Shown: positions 39,476-54,324, counted from the stretch's first letter. The stretch: 58,806 nt of DNA from Octopus sinensis (GCF_006345805.1 NW_021833670.1:1-58806); one strand, 5' to 3'. Program-made: numbers and translations. The notes: generated by a model from the letters alone, not told the origin.

Positions 39476-40599
39476 TATGTCGTCGTCATTACAACTAAGA
39501 TAACTACAAACTGCCGCAATCACCAACCAAACCATTATCTCCATCACCACCACCACCACAACCACCACCAAATGAATCCTCTCTCTCTCTTTTTCACCCA
39601 CACCCACATACACACAGACTAGCACACGCACACATATGCACACACACATATACATGGACACCCCCCACATACACACACATACACACACCCTACACCACCA
39701 CAGCCGACCCACCACCAAACACTCCATCACCGTCATCGACATCATCGTTACCTCAGCTGTGAACGAAGGAACCTTTACGTAATCGTTCGACCTGAGAGAA
39801 ATAGCCACCAAATGTCCTCCACTCACAATCTGCCATCTTAAATAACAAAAGGACAAAATGATGTAGTTTTGGATGTGATTAAAGAGACGAGATGGCCATG
39901 GTTGAAGCGGCAAAATGTCAATAACACCATCATCGTTGTAGACACTTCTACAGCCGCAACAACCATTACAACCAACGATCAATACTAACACCTAACCATC
40001 ATTACTACCAACACCACATTAACCCGAACACCATCGCAACTACTACTACCATCACTACCGTTCTGTCAAAACCAAAAGCACCATGAGAAACATCATGGTT
40101 CCACTGCTACCATCAAACAATGAACACCACCCTCCCTCTCCCCAAACAGAAGCATGCCATCATGGCATTCATTACAATGATCTTTGTTAGAAAACAATCA
40201 AGAACCTCCTCCATCATACCATCTTCATCGAGATCCATTATCACACCAGCATCACTCTCACCACCATCACCAACTCCAATGTCACCACCACTACCACCAC
40301 AAGCATTTTTACTATCACCAGCAATCATCATTGCATCCTGCAAATATATTCTATTCTATACATATGCATATATATATACATATATTATATATCTGTGTGT
40401 ATATATATATATAGAGAGAGAGAGAGAGAAAGAGAGAGAGAACGGGGAGAGAAAGAGACATATACATATATACATATATACATATATACATATATGCATA
40501 TGTATATATACGTATATGTATGTATATATATATATACATTTATATATGTATATCTCTCTTTTATATATATACATATATATGTATATATACATATGTATG

Positions 40600-40630
<31 letters not shown>

Positions 40631-40636
40631 GTATAT

Positions 40637-40711
<75 letters not shown>

Positions 40712-41145
40712 CATAAATGCGCGCGCACATACTTAATTTCCCACGATTTATAATTATTAAGCATCTTTTCCGTTCTGGCCTTTTGTCCTTCACCAAAGAT
40801 GGAGTAATGCCTCTTTATATTCACTTTCATTTTCAACTTCATATTTTTGTTGACTTTAATTATTTATTTACGTTATTTCTCTCCCCACCTCTCTCTCTCT
40901 CTCTCTCTCCTTCAACCGTCTACTTCCTTCCTCCCTCTCTTTCTCTCTTTTTATATATAAACATATGGAGATAGAAAGATAAGATAAAAAAAAATTGGTT
41001 GGATGGATGAATAGATAGACATAGTTATAGATATATATGTATATATGTTTATGTGTGTGTGTGTGTGTACGTGCGTGTGTCCTTTATGTTTATGTGTGTA
41101 TGTGTGAGTGTATTCAAACATACAATCACACACACACACGCATAA

Positions 41146-41185
<40 letters not shown>

Positions 41186-41406
41186 TTCCCTTTTCAGCCT
41201 TATATAAACATCCTCCCTATCTTCCACACACTGTATATGCATGCGTGCACACATGCATATTTATATATATACGAATAATCCATCTCCTTTTCTCTCTCTC
41301 CCTCAGTCTTTCTCTTACTCCCTCTTTATATATGTATCTTTCTCTCTACTTCTTCTCTATGTCTATCTGTCTTTTTCTCTCTCAGTGCACACACACACAC
41401 GCACAT

Positions 41407-41451
<45 letters not shown>

Positions 41452-41505
41452 AAGCTATCACCCTCTCTTTCTCTCTCTCTCTCTCTCTAGCTCTCTCTCT
41501 CTCTA

Positions 41506-41576
<71 letters not shown>

Positions 41577-42099
41577 AGCTCCCTAGCTCTCTATCTCCTC
41601 TACTCCCACATCATCATTTCTTTCTGAAACTCCATCCATCAACAATTCACTCCGATAATGGCCGCCTCTTTCGTTAGTTTTGTTTCATTGAATTAGCTTA
41701 GGTATTTCTTTCACGCGTTTATATGAATTTTAATTAATTGTTGTATTTAATTAATTGGTTTATATACATTTATATATCTTTATACATTATCATTTTTATT
41801 ACATCATAAATTTTATTTTATATAACTTTTCTAAATTTATATGTATAATTTTTTGAGATTTTTTCTCATTCATTTATTTAAATTATTTTTCTAGAATGTT
41901 TTTTTGTGTTTGATTTTCTGTTTATCCTCTTGTTTATTTATTTATGCATTTATTTATTTGTAGTTTTATATATTTACTTATTTACATCACGATTTCTCTT
42001 CGCAAAGCTTCATTTGCATTACGCATCTTCACAATGCGAAGGAACAATTATCCTCAAAGCGTGTGTGTGTATATGTGTGCATGTGTATATTTATATATA

Positions 42100-42130
<31 letters not shown>

Positions 42131-42249
42131 AAATATATATATATATATATATATGCATACATAAATACATATATAAACATATATATATATACATAATGAT
42201 ATATGTGTAATTATATATATATATATATATGTGTGTGTGTAAATGTACG

Positions 42250-42301
<52 letters not shown>

Positions 42302-43113
42302 AATTGTGTGTGTGTGTTATGTATTTATATGCGTATGTGCATTTATAATTCATACGATTATGCAAATTTCAGAATTCCCTATCAAACCCACGACAGTACA
42401 TCACCACTCGTCATTGTCCTTACAAGTACAAGTGACCCGCTTTGCCGCTGCTAACCCCTTGGCACTTGTTTATTGCTTGATCATGCGACCGCAAATATAT
42501 CCGTTTCCGTGATTGTTGCACATTATATATTCATTTACAAACACACACACACACATACATGCATACGCACACACAAACAAATCCACACTCGCAAGTACAC
42601 ATGCATACTCTCAACAAATATGCAACTATACAGGTATGTGCATGTGAATGTGTTTTGGCTTTACAAATGGAGGATGTAGCACGCAATAAGGGAGACAAAA
42701 TGAATACATAATTTGTTAATTGTAAAGCTATATAAATGATTCGAAGACGTAGAGTTTCATGCCATACTCACTTTTAATTTTTGACACGTAACTCTAAGCC
42801 CTTAATTGACTAATGTGTCTGTGTATCTGTATGTATGTGTGTATGTATGTATATATGTATGTATGTATGTATCTATGTATGTATATATGTACACACATAC
42901 CTGTCAACAGTACAAAGATATCTGATGGTTATGTGGATATATAATGTAATATAATATTGGGCAAATAAATAACCACTATATGGAAACGTTCGTAACATAA
43001 TGTATACAATATTTCTATATTTATATGTGTCTGTGTGTATATAATATATGATATATATTATACATATATACACATACCTATATATATGTGCGTGTGTGTC
43101 GTGTATATATATA

Positions 43114-43423
43114 TCACCGTGACCACCGCGACCGACCAGGCTATTGGATGTTGTAACACATCGCTGGTAACAATGCGCTTCGCATTGTTTTAGCCTTCAA
43201 ATGACGCCACCCCGCTGGCTAAGTGAGCAGGCTAACAGAAGAAAGAGTGAGAGAAAGTTGTGGCGAAAGTGTACAGCGGGGATCACCACCACCTCCTGCC
43301 GGAGCTTCTTGGAGCTTTAGGTGATTTCGCTCAATAAACACTCACAACGCCTGGTCTGGGAATCGAAACCGCGATTCTACGACCGCGAGTCCGCTTCCCT
43401 AGCCACTGGGCCATTGCGCCTCC
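43114..43423 (-). mobile_element. tRNA-derived SINE family D
   Basis: Reverse complement GGAGGCGCAATGGCCCAGTGGCTAGG...GGTTTCGATTCCCAGACC (A and B boxes) plus a unique body. Confidence 0.8.
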
Positions 43424-43469
43424 TCCCTCTCACACACACACGCATATATGTAAATATATGTATGTATGT

Positions 43470-43595
<126 letters not shown>

Positions 43596-43744
43596 CTACG
43601 TATGTATGAATGTGTGTATATATATAATATGCAATACGTGTGTGTGTACGTATATATGTATGAATGGATGATGGATTGATGGATGGATGATTTGATCGAT
43701 CGATCGACTTATCGTTGGATTGCTTTCATCAATAGCATCGTAAC

Positions 43745-44230
43745 AGATTGAAACATTGTGGCATGTGTCGATGGAGCATTTTTTTGTGCCACTCTCAATC
43801 AACGTTGGTGTTTGCCAGGGTTTGGTTCGGTTCTCAAAGTTTATCTTTCTATACAGGAACGACCTACTTTCTCACACTTCAAACAACACCCACAGCAATA
43901 CAGATGACATGAACTTTTATTCTTCCCAAACTTTCGCCAACGATGCATCATCTACTCGCAACGTAGACATCACTTGCCAAACCTGCAATAATTCCATGAA
44001 CGAAGATCCTGAGAGCATCTTACAGTGTGGCCATGCCAGCCTTGTCTCTTTTAACAGCAAAGAAAAAATTTGAACACAGTTCATATCAAGGAAACACCAC
44101 AACATCATATCTCCACTAAACATGAACGGCGTTTGCACTCTTTAAAATAGCTAGATTTCACTATCACCTTGGATCTCTCCTGACGAAATCACATCCTTAG
44201 CATAGCTAGAACTGTATCCCAAATATTGTT
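43745..44230 (+). pseudogene. LINE reverse transcriptase fragment (CR1/L2/Jockey-type)
   Basis: INVGVCQG (GVPQG motif), FLYRNDL, TDD (YADD-like), ILQCG..LVSFN. Confidence 0.75.
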
Positions 44231-44526
44231 ACATTTCGGGGTGGTCATTTTTATTTTTATTTTTATTTTTGAGCAGGAGGATAGACGTGAACGGAAAGGG
44301 TCGCTGAAAAGCTCACAGATGTGCGACGAAAGATTTCCGGACAATGGACATAAGACAAAATAAGAACAGTAATAAACGAGTGAAGAACAAATAGTGAGTT
44401 TGTTTATTTGGCAAAAAAGAAATGATCACTCGAGAAATAACAATATCTGTTTCAACACATGGTTTCACATCAGGAATCTTGTCACATAAGTTCATAAATG
44501 GATTCCAAATACTATTCCTTCTATTT

Positions 44527-44602
44527 AGGGTGGGTATATGGCGTAGTGGTTAAGAGCCTGGGCTACTAACCCCAAGATTCTAAGTTCGATTCCAGACAGT
44601 GA

Positions 44603-44667
<65 letters not shown>

Positions 44668-44694
44668 TAATAATAATAATAATAATATAATAAA

Positions 44695-44733
<39 letters not shown>

Positions 44734-44899
44734 GATAACATCGAAAAATACCTTAGGAATGAGAACCCAGGTTCGAAATTTCCCCACGACACCTGATGAA
44801 GGCTGGAGGGTATATCAGCCGAAACTTTGTGTTAACAACAAACAAGATGAGGACAAATATCCGTCAAATGTAAATTCATCATCTCTTAAATATAGAACT
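44527..44899 (+). mobile_element. tRNA-headed SINE family E with internal (AAT)n and a hammerhead-like tail
   Basis: A box TGGCGTAGTGG (44539-49), B box GTTCGATTCC (44584-93), (AAT)n 44607-44731, and CTGATGA..GAAA motif 44788-44833. Confidence 0.8.
44788..44833 (+). ncRNA. Minimal type I hammerhead ribozyme-like motif (stem III imperfect in this copy)
   Basis: GACAC-CTGATGA-A-GGCTG-(10-nt loop)-CAGCC-GAAA-CTTT-GTGTT; stem I GACAC/GTGTT and stem II GGCTG/CAGCC. Confidence 0.55.
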
Positions 44900-46446
44900 G
44901 CATGGGAAAATATTGTATCCCCAACAGCTGCTGACACTCTACAAGACTCAAATGAGGTCAAGAATTTAGTAATACTTCAACATTTTGAGACGGTGCTGCT
45001 TCTGAACACAGTGACATCTTGGATCACATCCAGAAACGGAACAGTCGCCTACTTAAAATTCCACCACTAAAGGACACACTCCAGCACCTGGGCCATAGGC
45101 CTAGAGTTTCTTCTCTCTGTCTTTCCTATCACCCCCATAATGGCCTAATGATTGGCGTGTTGCATTCGCTGGCGTTAGATATTGATTGCCTCGATTACAG
45201 GACCGGACAGTACACTGTTTCCTTGAGCAGAACACTTCATTTCACGTTGCTCCAGTTTACTCGGCTGTAAATGCGTGACCCTGCAACTGACCGGCGCTCC
45301 ATTCTGCGAAAATGTGATCTTTAAGAGTAACAGCAGCTGCGTTAATGAAAGTAACCCGGTAATTAACATCGAGAAGCCATCATAAATTCCATCATGTGCG
45401 CAGATTCTTTTTCTATCATTCTTGTGAAGAATTGCATGTCACTCAATGATACCTTAGAAGAGCTGGAAAAGTTTTTTCTTAATGGAAATGCTTTCAAAAT
45501 GTTTATGAGTTGAATTTATTCCATAACCATCTCTGTCGAATCAGTCACATGTTGAGATATATAAGAATTTAGTGATGGCGGCAGCAGTTTATTTACAAAT
45601 GACAGATTTTGGTTAGTTCTCAATATTTTGAGATCGATTAGTGTCACACGTCTTGGAATATCATGTTTCCTTTTTTTCTTTCCTTTCTAGAAAGAATGTT
45701 GTTTTGCGCAAAGAAAGCTGTTTGGCTGTAAAATAGTTTAAGTTTGAGTGAGTTTCCTCCAAGTTTTTTCTTTCTTTGTTGTTACTGTTTTTTTTTCTTT
45801 TACTTTTTTTCTTTTACTTCATATGGCCGAGAGAAGGGTCATCACGGACTTTTTCATGGCACCGAAGTAGATCTTGATTTAAGTAAGAAGACCAAAGGAA
45901 GGGGGGGAAATATTTACGTCATTTTAAATAACTCGTAGGTGTTGTAATCCTGTTAATCAGTGTTGGTGATGTTATCAATTTCAGCCATAATGGTGCTAGC
46001 GAGAATCCACGTGGTATGAGATTATTTTTTAATCCGGTTGGAGTGACGCTACGTTAAGGAAAAGCTGTCTCTCAAATTGATAACGAATGAAATAAACCAG
46101 TTACTGACTTAGGTTAAAAGAATCGGTAAAATTGTAAAAATAAAAGGCTCAAAAAGTAAATGAAAATGTCCTCTACACCTGCACGTCTTATGTTGACAGT
46201 GCTAAGTTGTGTGTGCATGTATGTGTACGTATTCGATGCCGTTCGACACAGTTTCAATTCTGGGGCAGAGTAGTTAGAAAAAGACATTTGACAAAGGGGC
46301 CACATAGAGAGATCGTACAGGGAACAAGGAGGTAGCGAAGCAAATTTCTTACTTTAGAATTATGCTTGCTCCAATGCGACTATATTCACATAAATTTATC
46401 TAAATATGTCTATGCATAAATGCGTCAGTCATGCAGACACACCTCA

Positions 46447-46515
46447 GATAGATAGACAGACAGACAGATAAATAGATAGATAGATACATACATACATACA
46501 TACATAGACAGACAA

Positions 46516-46554
<39 letters not shown>

Positions 46555-46595
46555 CATACATACATACATACATACATACATACATAGACAGACAA

Positions 46596-46682
<87 letters not shown>

Positions 46683-46820
46683 AATAGATAGATAGACAGA
46701 TAGATGGATCGATCGATAGATAAATAGATAGATAAACAGACAGCAGACAGATAGACAGACACACAGACAGACACACAGACAGGCACACAGGCAGACACAC
46801 AGACAGACAGGCAGACAGAC

Positions 46821-46900
<80 letters not shown>
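46447..46900. repeat. (GATA/CATA/GACA)n compound microsatellite
   Basis: Direct reading. Confidence 0.97.
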
Positions 46901-46903
<3 letters not shown>

Positions 46904-47449
46904 GCATACATACATACATAAATACATACATACGTACATATATGTATGTACATGTGTGTATATATATTATACATTACATACGTGCGTATATATCCATATG
47001 CAAAAATATGTACATATATGTGCGTGTTTATACATCTGTGTGAACAAGCTCAGATGTGTGTACGCTAAATATTGGCGGCAGGGGTGGAATGGCGGAGCGG
47101 ATCGGTGTTAAATGTAATACACCTGCAAAATATCTCACATGATTTAATATTGTTTTACATGAAATTTATGTATGTTTTATTTCACAGTTTCTTGGATTGT
47201 AAAAATTGATAAACAAAACAATTTTTAATTAAATCTATAAAAAGAGGAATGTAACGTTGAGAAAGACTTCAAACTAAATATCTAAATATATACACACGTA
47301 TGTCAATACACGGTCACACATGTATATACGTGTGTACGTGTGTGTGTGAGTGCGCGTGTATGAAAATTTATTTGTACTTGTATGTTTTCATTCTTTGGAA
47401 CAAGGTGAAACCACAAATTTTTGAAAAAAAAAATACACACACAAACACA

Positions 47450-47508
<59 letters not shown>

Positions 47509-47878
47509 TATATATATATATACGTGGATATATTTATTATATACGTATACGTATACGTGTATGTGTAAATGTGTGTATATGTGTATTTTTATGTGTGTGC
47601 GCACGCTTATACATATATATATCTATACATATGTGCGTGAGTGTGTATATCTATCTTTCTATGAATGTATGTATGCATGTATAGACTTATATATTTCAAA
47701 TTTATATTTTTTAATGTTATACGTATATATATGTGTGTGTATATTATTAAGTATGCATGTATATATATATAGATATTTTAATATAGGTTTGTATATGAAC
47801 GTGTTCTAACATATGCATTATTTATATGTGTATGTGTATGTACACATACATATACATATATATGTGTGTGTATATATA

Positions 47879-47910
<32 letters not shown>

Positions 47911-48334
47911 CGAACATAAAGCAAGTACGTGCGTGCGTATGTCTATCTGCGTGTGATTTATGGAGACAGAAACGTTAAATAAATTTCCAAGAAAATAACG
48001 AAAATAAAATTTGAAAAGAGAATAAAGAGGGAAGGAAAGTATACAAGAAGAGGAAAAGGATAAAGGTGAAGATAAAGAATCGGAAAAAAAAACCAAGATG
48101 GGACAAGAAAAACATATATATATATAACAGAGATGATAAAGGTAAACGAAAAACGAAACAAGAAAATGGCGAATGTTTTAGAAGCTATGAAAACTTTATA
48201 CGCCTACTTGTGTGCAATGTTTTGACATTTAAAAACTGGTTATTCTAAGTGATTCATGGTGAAGTCTGTGGTTCAGTTATGATGAGGTGTAATAAGACGT
48301 AAAGGAACGTGCCTGGTGTTGTCGCCCGTATTTG

Positions 48335-48537
48335 TTGGACTAAGTAGAATAATGTATTGATATTGTTTAAGCCGGATAAAATGCTTAGCGGCATTTCGTC
48401 TGGCCTTATGTTGTGAAATCGACTTTGCTTCTCATCCATTCGGGGTCGAGAAAATCATTACCAGTTAAGCACTGGGGTTGATGTAATCGACTTAACCCCT
48501 TCCTCGAAATTCCTGGCCTTGTGCCAAAACTTGAAAC
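48335..48537 (+). mobile_element. Degenerate SINE family B
   Basis: AAATGCTTAGCGGCATTTCGTC...TTCGGGGTCGA...CACTGGGGTTGATGTAATCGACTT. Confidence 0.75.
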
Positions 48538-49939
48538 TAAGAGAAAGAGAGAGAGAGAGAGATTGGAAGTTTTATCAAGCTAAACTTGTTGAAAGCATTT
48601 TTCCTTCGAAAAATCAGCAAAACTGTATCCATACATAATAAATTTGTTTTCAGAATACATAAAAAGAATACGTCCCAGAAAATAGGATCTCGAAAATGTA
48701 GAAACTGATTTAATAAACCCAATTGAAAAAATGAAATTTAGAAATCAAATCCATTTCACACAGAATTTACCAAATAGGCTAATATCATATCGTATCCTAA
48801 AATCTTTAATACGATATACACGTTACAACAAAACAAATTATAGAAGAGAGATAATTACTCGTATTAGATTGTAGACAGTTATCTCTCTTGAAACCAGTTG
48901 TCTCATCCATTTGCCACTGGATGGCGCACGTCATGGTGTTTGCATTGTGAGAGAATTAAATCTAGAGCTTTTGGACAGCGCAACCAAAGCGGTTAGACGT
49001 ATTTTCTTCCTGCTGCGATTCCAAGAGATGTAACGGTCAAACAACCACCTCTTATGTATTTGAATACGAACGCAAAGAAACTGCCTTTATCTCTCTCTAT
49101 ACAATTACTGTAATTTGCATGCAATATCAAGATTACAACGATTTACAGTCGTATTTACAAATTCTTATGGTCTTTTTATTCTTGTATTTGGAGAATGTCT
49201 GCCTTCTACCTTTCAGCTGTCTTTGTTAAGAGCAAAAGTTCCTAAAAGATAATATAATAAAAACATACTAGAAAGCGTAAAAAACTCGAAAATCAGAAGC
49301 CACTGGCATAACAGCTAAATGTAGACAACCTTATACCGTATAGAATACTTCGCTCCTTACACATTATACTTTACGTCAAAGAACACAACGCCAATTTATG
49401 ATCCAACCCTAAGTGCAAAGCAATAACCTTCTCCAAGAACGAGCTGAGCATAGGGAGTAAGTAATTCTTAAAATCTTTGAATTTTAAAGTTAGGCAAACC
49501 ATGAACCTATCAGAATGGAATCACAGCAATGTCACAATCGAGTGATTTAACTACAAACATATAAATCGAAACAAGACACCGACTTCGACAAAGGAGATTC
49601 TATCCATTCATCTCTTACCCTGAAAGTACTAAAGTTTATGTTTGTGTGTGTCTATGTATAAATACTCGTACACGTTTGTATATGTATATATAAAATATAT
49701 TATATATGTATTATGTATGTACGTGTATACGTATGTATGTACCAGTATATGCATATAACTTACTTGTGCATATAACTTACATATATTAGATTAGAAAAAA
49801 ACTTCTGAATTTTATGGAACTAAGATTTAACATAACAGTAGCCACAAAAACGAACATACTGATATTTCAAAATCTCGTGATAAGGTACACACAAATAATA
49901 GTAACTCCTACACTAATAGTAACTCCTACACTTACTTGT

Positions 49940-50300
49940 ATCGACAGAAATTTCACCAATCCTCCCACTGTTCTCAAGTGAACGTATCTCTGATATATTT
50001 GCAGACGACGTGACATTTAACAGAATTGCCTGTTAGTACAATATAGCCTGGGAGAATATCGGTTTTAAATGAGAAAAAATGAGTTTTATTCCCAAGGATA
50101 TGCCACACTTGAAGGACGAAAGCATTAAAAAATATATACGAAGCTGAAACCAAAATGTCATCTGGTTAAATGCCCCGTTCCACGATAATGTTAGCAATAA
50201 CAGAGCTATGAACATTTTAAATGTGATTTCAAAACATTTCGCTGCCAACACTACCCTGTATGCATTTTCTCCCATTTTTTTTTTCTCGGCGAAAACTTCT
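49940..50300 (+). pseudogene. Penelope-like element remnant (RT-proximal linker)
   Basis: SERISDI..FNRIA..YNIAW..GF, then NVIWLNAPF..N..NILNVISKHF, which is the same motif series as WFNPPF at 3294. Confidence 0.65.
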
Positions 50301-50793
50301 AGACGAGTTTCAGTTGTATTTAGGTATCGGTAACATAAAACTGCAAGTGAAATCGACGTTAAGCCACAGCCTGCACCACGCATCCAGACACTCAATGTCC
50401 ACATATACAACGCTGTACTAGAAAACCAGAACGGGAATCCACTCTCTATATAGAATACCATCAGTATCAACTTATATGACGTAATCATCCGAGCAAGCAT
50501 AATATTTCTACATTGTTTCGCCTAACCTTAAACGTGGTCCTGGAGTGACAGTTTATCCCGCTGAAGAGTTTTCTCGCTATCAAATTTTAGAACGCATTAA
50601 ATTATATATAGGAATACGTAACAGATCCTCTGTGAGTCGTTTTATGAAGCACAAGTCAATATTTAAATCAACTAGCAAGCAGACCACCACAGCTCTGTTG
50701 AACTATGTATTGCACAAAAGAAGAACGACATAAATTTAAAAATTTCATGGAACATATTAAAAATAAATTTTAATAAATTTAAAAAAAAACATA

Positions 50794-51230
50794 GGCGTAG
50801 GAGTGGCTGTGTGGTAAGTAACTTGCTTACGAACCACATGGTTCCGGGTTCAGTCCCACTGCATGGCACCTTGGGCAAGTGTCTTCTACTATAGCCTCGG
50901 GCCGACCAAGCCTTGTGAGTGGATTTGGTAGACGGAAACTAAAAGAAGCCCGTCGTATATATGTATATATATATATGTATATGTATGTGTATGTGTATAT
51001 GTTTATGTGTCTGTGTTTGTGTGTCTGTGTTTGTCCCCCAACATCGCTTTACAACCGATGCTGGTGTGTTTACGTCCCCGTAACTTAGCGGTTCGGCAAA
51101 AGGGACCGATAGAATAAGTACTAGGCTTACAAAGAATAAGTCCTGGGGTCGATTTGCTCGACTAAAAGGTGGTGCTCCAGCATGGCCACTGTCAAATGAC
51201 TGAAACAAGTAAAAGAAAGAAAGAAAAAGA
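50794..51230 (+). mobile_element. SINE family A, full length
   Basis: Near-identical to the 37538 copy. Confidence 0.92.
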
Positions 51231-51244
51231 GAGATTAACAGGAA

Positions 51245-51365
51245 AATATTTTGAGATCTATGTGAAGAGGAAAATTTTATGTATTAATAAAACGACAGTA
51301 ATTCTAAACAGAAAGACCTAACTCATCAATAAGTGTCGTCATAAGAAGAAATTTTACCTTTACAA
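51245..51365 (+). pseudogene. Penelope-like GIY-YIG C-terminal end
   Basis: DLCEEE.. and ILNRKT*LINKCRHKKKFYL, matching the LCLxEK...LNxRxELxxKCRH terminus. Confidence 0.65.
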
Positions 51366-51736
51366 CACTCGAGCTAGATAAATTCGCTTGGTACACCTAA
51401 TCTCTCTATACCTAGTGTTTGCCACCTTCTATTCTCTTCTGTGAATTTTCACCACATGTTAATTTTTGATAAACAAAATAAATACAATAAATTTATTCGT
51501 TTGAAGGTATCGAGTTCTCTTCACTGTTCCCGTAAAATTATTTTTTAAAGAGAAATATTTGTAAATACCATCACCTGACTCTGCATATATTTATTAGAAG
51601 CGATGTACATATTTATCAGAATCATAGCGTCACATTTCTGGATTCCGATTTTGCAAATGATTGCCCAATCGTTTGAAAAGGCAGGTAAGTGAAGTTAGGA
51701 GTTATAATCATGAAGTTTCAGGATTTCATCATCATC

Positions 51737-51775
<39 letters not shown>

Positions 51776-51779
51776 GTAA

Positions 51780-51985
51780 TGGTTTCAAATTTTGCCACAA
51801 AGCAGCAATTTTAGGGAAGAAGACCACTCTATTACATCGACCCCAGTATTTTACTGGTACTTAATTTATCGACCCTGAAAGGATGAAAAGCAAAGTCGAT
51901 CTCGGCAATATGTGAGCTCAGAACGTAGCGGCAGACTAAATACCGCTAAGCATTTCGCCCGGCATGCTAACGATTCTGCCAGCTC
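51780..51985 (-). mobile_element. SINE family B
   Basis: Reverse complement carries the head and core. Confidence 0.8.
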
Positions 51986-52055
51986 TGATTATGATGGTGA
52001 TGATGATGATGCTTTCAAATGTTGGCACAAGGCTATTCTGTTTTGTCGCCTACTA

Positions 52056-52197
52056 ATCACATGTCCGTAGTACCTGAGCTGTGATCTCTCAATGCGGAAA
52101 AGCAACGGCTCGACTTGCAGAGACTCCCTGATGTCCGAACTATGCACACTATCGATCAACGTTACTTCAGAAACCCTTTCGGAGGAACCCCATTCCA
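52056..52197 (-). pseudogene. RTE-clade LINE C-terminal fragment
   Basis: RVSEVTLIDSVHSSDIRESLQVEPLLFRIERSQLRYYGHV matches the RTE-type LRWxGHV region. Confidence 0.75.
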
Positions 52198-52610
52198 GCC
52201 CCCTTTTTATTCGTACTCGTTCACTTCTTAACAGCCTCTTGTCCAAAAAATAAATATTAACTCCATCGAAGACGTCTAGAAACGGAACGTTTAACCTACA
52301 GTTAGACAATCTACAGTGTAATGTCACTAACGAACCATCGAAACTACATGAAACGCAGGTTTACTTTGCCACTAGAGACACCAGTTAGTAAGACTTAAAA
52401 TTATTGTTAAAGAAAAGACTACAACGACGTGTCTGCGTTGGTGGTGGTACAACAGAATTTTCACTGTAAGAGATTGAAACTATGAATGCACATAGTCTAC
52501 CTCGAAAGGATCAGAAATTTTTTCCAAACTTTGGTGCAATTTACTATAATATATATATATATATTTATATATATATATATATATAGATATATATATATCT
52601 ATATATATAT

Positions 52611-52670
<60 letters not shown>

Positions 52671-54324
52671 TACATCACAAAGGCAGAATGTATTACGTTT
52701 TTCTTCAGATGTTATTCATATTGTAAGTAAATTAACAACTGATTGATTCAGTCGAACACTTTAATGATAATATTAAAATACTGCTTAGATATGCATCATC
52801 TAGAATTATCACTGACTACTATCAGGTTCAATTATCAAAGCTATTTACTGTCATATAAGGCTATTGTACTAAATAATAAAAGTTTTGAATGAATTCTCTG
52901 AAGTATAAGAAAATACATAAGACTCATTGAACTGGAATATTATGTAATGATACAAAATATCAAATAATAATCACACTCGCACCTCAAATATATATCTAAG
53001 CACTATAATGGAGCAATTTTTTGCAACCAATCGACGAAAAATTATGAAGACATTACTTTAAAGATATATATTTTTAATGTTACGCTTGGAGAATGGATAT
53101 TTTATATCCTTAATTATGATTTTCGTCTTAGAAGGAGCCGTTAGATTGAATTTGATTGACAAATAATGATGACACAGGCAGAGAGCAAAAGCAGAACGTT
53201 TGAACAAAGGAATGAAAATTTAACCATCTCCCAATTGAGTGCAATAAATTAACAGAAACAGAATATAAAAGTAGACATGATAGTTTTGGTAAAAGAGAGT
53301 ATTGGGAATTTAGCTGCGTTTGTGAATTCGAAGTGGCTAAACAGTGCTATTAAAAGAGGCCAAAGGCTGAGAAGGTGAACGATAATTACAGGATCATATG
53401 GAATTTTTCACATTTTAAAACATTTTAACTGAGGAAGGTATTACGTAATGGATGCATTTCCAGTTATATATTACGCAGACCAGAAACGTACGTATAAAAT
53501 TATTCCAAAGTATCGCTATTTGGTTTGACTTAATTATTTGTGCATTTTTTACTTACAGCTGTTTCTGATATGCATTACAGGTGCGTTCATGGTTCTGTTT
53601 ACTCAATCGGTCTATATTGATCGACTGAAAAATGCTATCATCGTCGGAGTCTGTGTAAAAGACCAGATTAACAGGGAAATGCAACCATTGATTCACAAAA
53701 TTAACTAGCAATGGACTTCACCCTCGGACTTTGCCTTAGGATTACCAGGAGTTCTTTACTAATTTACTAATCTAAAAACATTTTGTTTGCCTGGTGTATT
53801 TTTGTATCAACAGAGCTTGTGGAGTATGTTGCCCGAATTAGCAATCCATTCTGATGGAATTGGTGTCGCTAACAAATCTATACAATTCGCTACAATATCA
53901 TTTGATCCTCCTGAATCTCTCCTTTCGGCATTCCAGAAACCTAAAGGAGTCGGGCTCCCGTTAGGAGGGTGCGAAAATTGAAGTTGTACAGAACCGAATC
54001 AAACCGTTCCAAATAATATTATATATATATATGGAAATGGATGTGTGTATTTTTCCCTTGTTTACAATTAACACGGAAAAAATAAATAAACAGTTACCAG
54101 GGCAGCAAAAAATCACACAAGTAATAAGGACGTAAAACCCTGTTTGTAAAGGTAGAAACTCCGGGTTGATGTGAAGTATTTTGTATAATATGTATAAATA
54201 AATAATAAATGGAGCTAAACGCAGGTGTTATTCAAATTCTTTTGCTTCCGACATATGTTTCGAAGACAACATTGGTATTATTCCAAACGAATAAAATAGT
54301 GTAAAACAATGTAATCTTCTCATC

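Noticed and set aside
44527-44606. tRNA gene (also considered at 39400-39475 and 43350-43423)
   Set aside because: A/B boxes are present, but acceptor stems are incomplete and each runs into a SINE body.
50033-50500. 155-aa minus-strand ORF as a gene
   Set aside because: It is the antisense of the Penelope-like remnant on the + strand.
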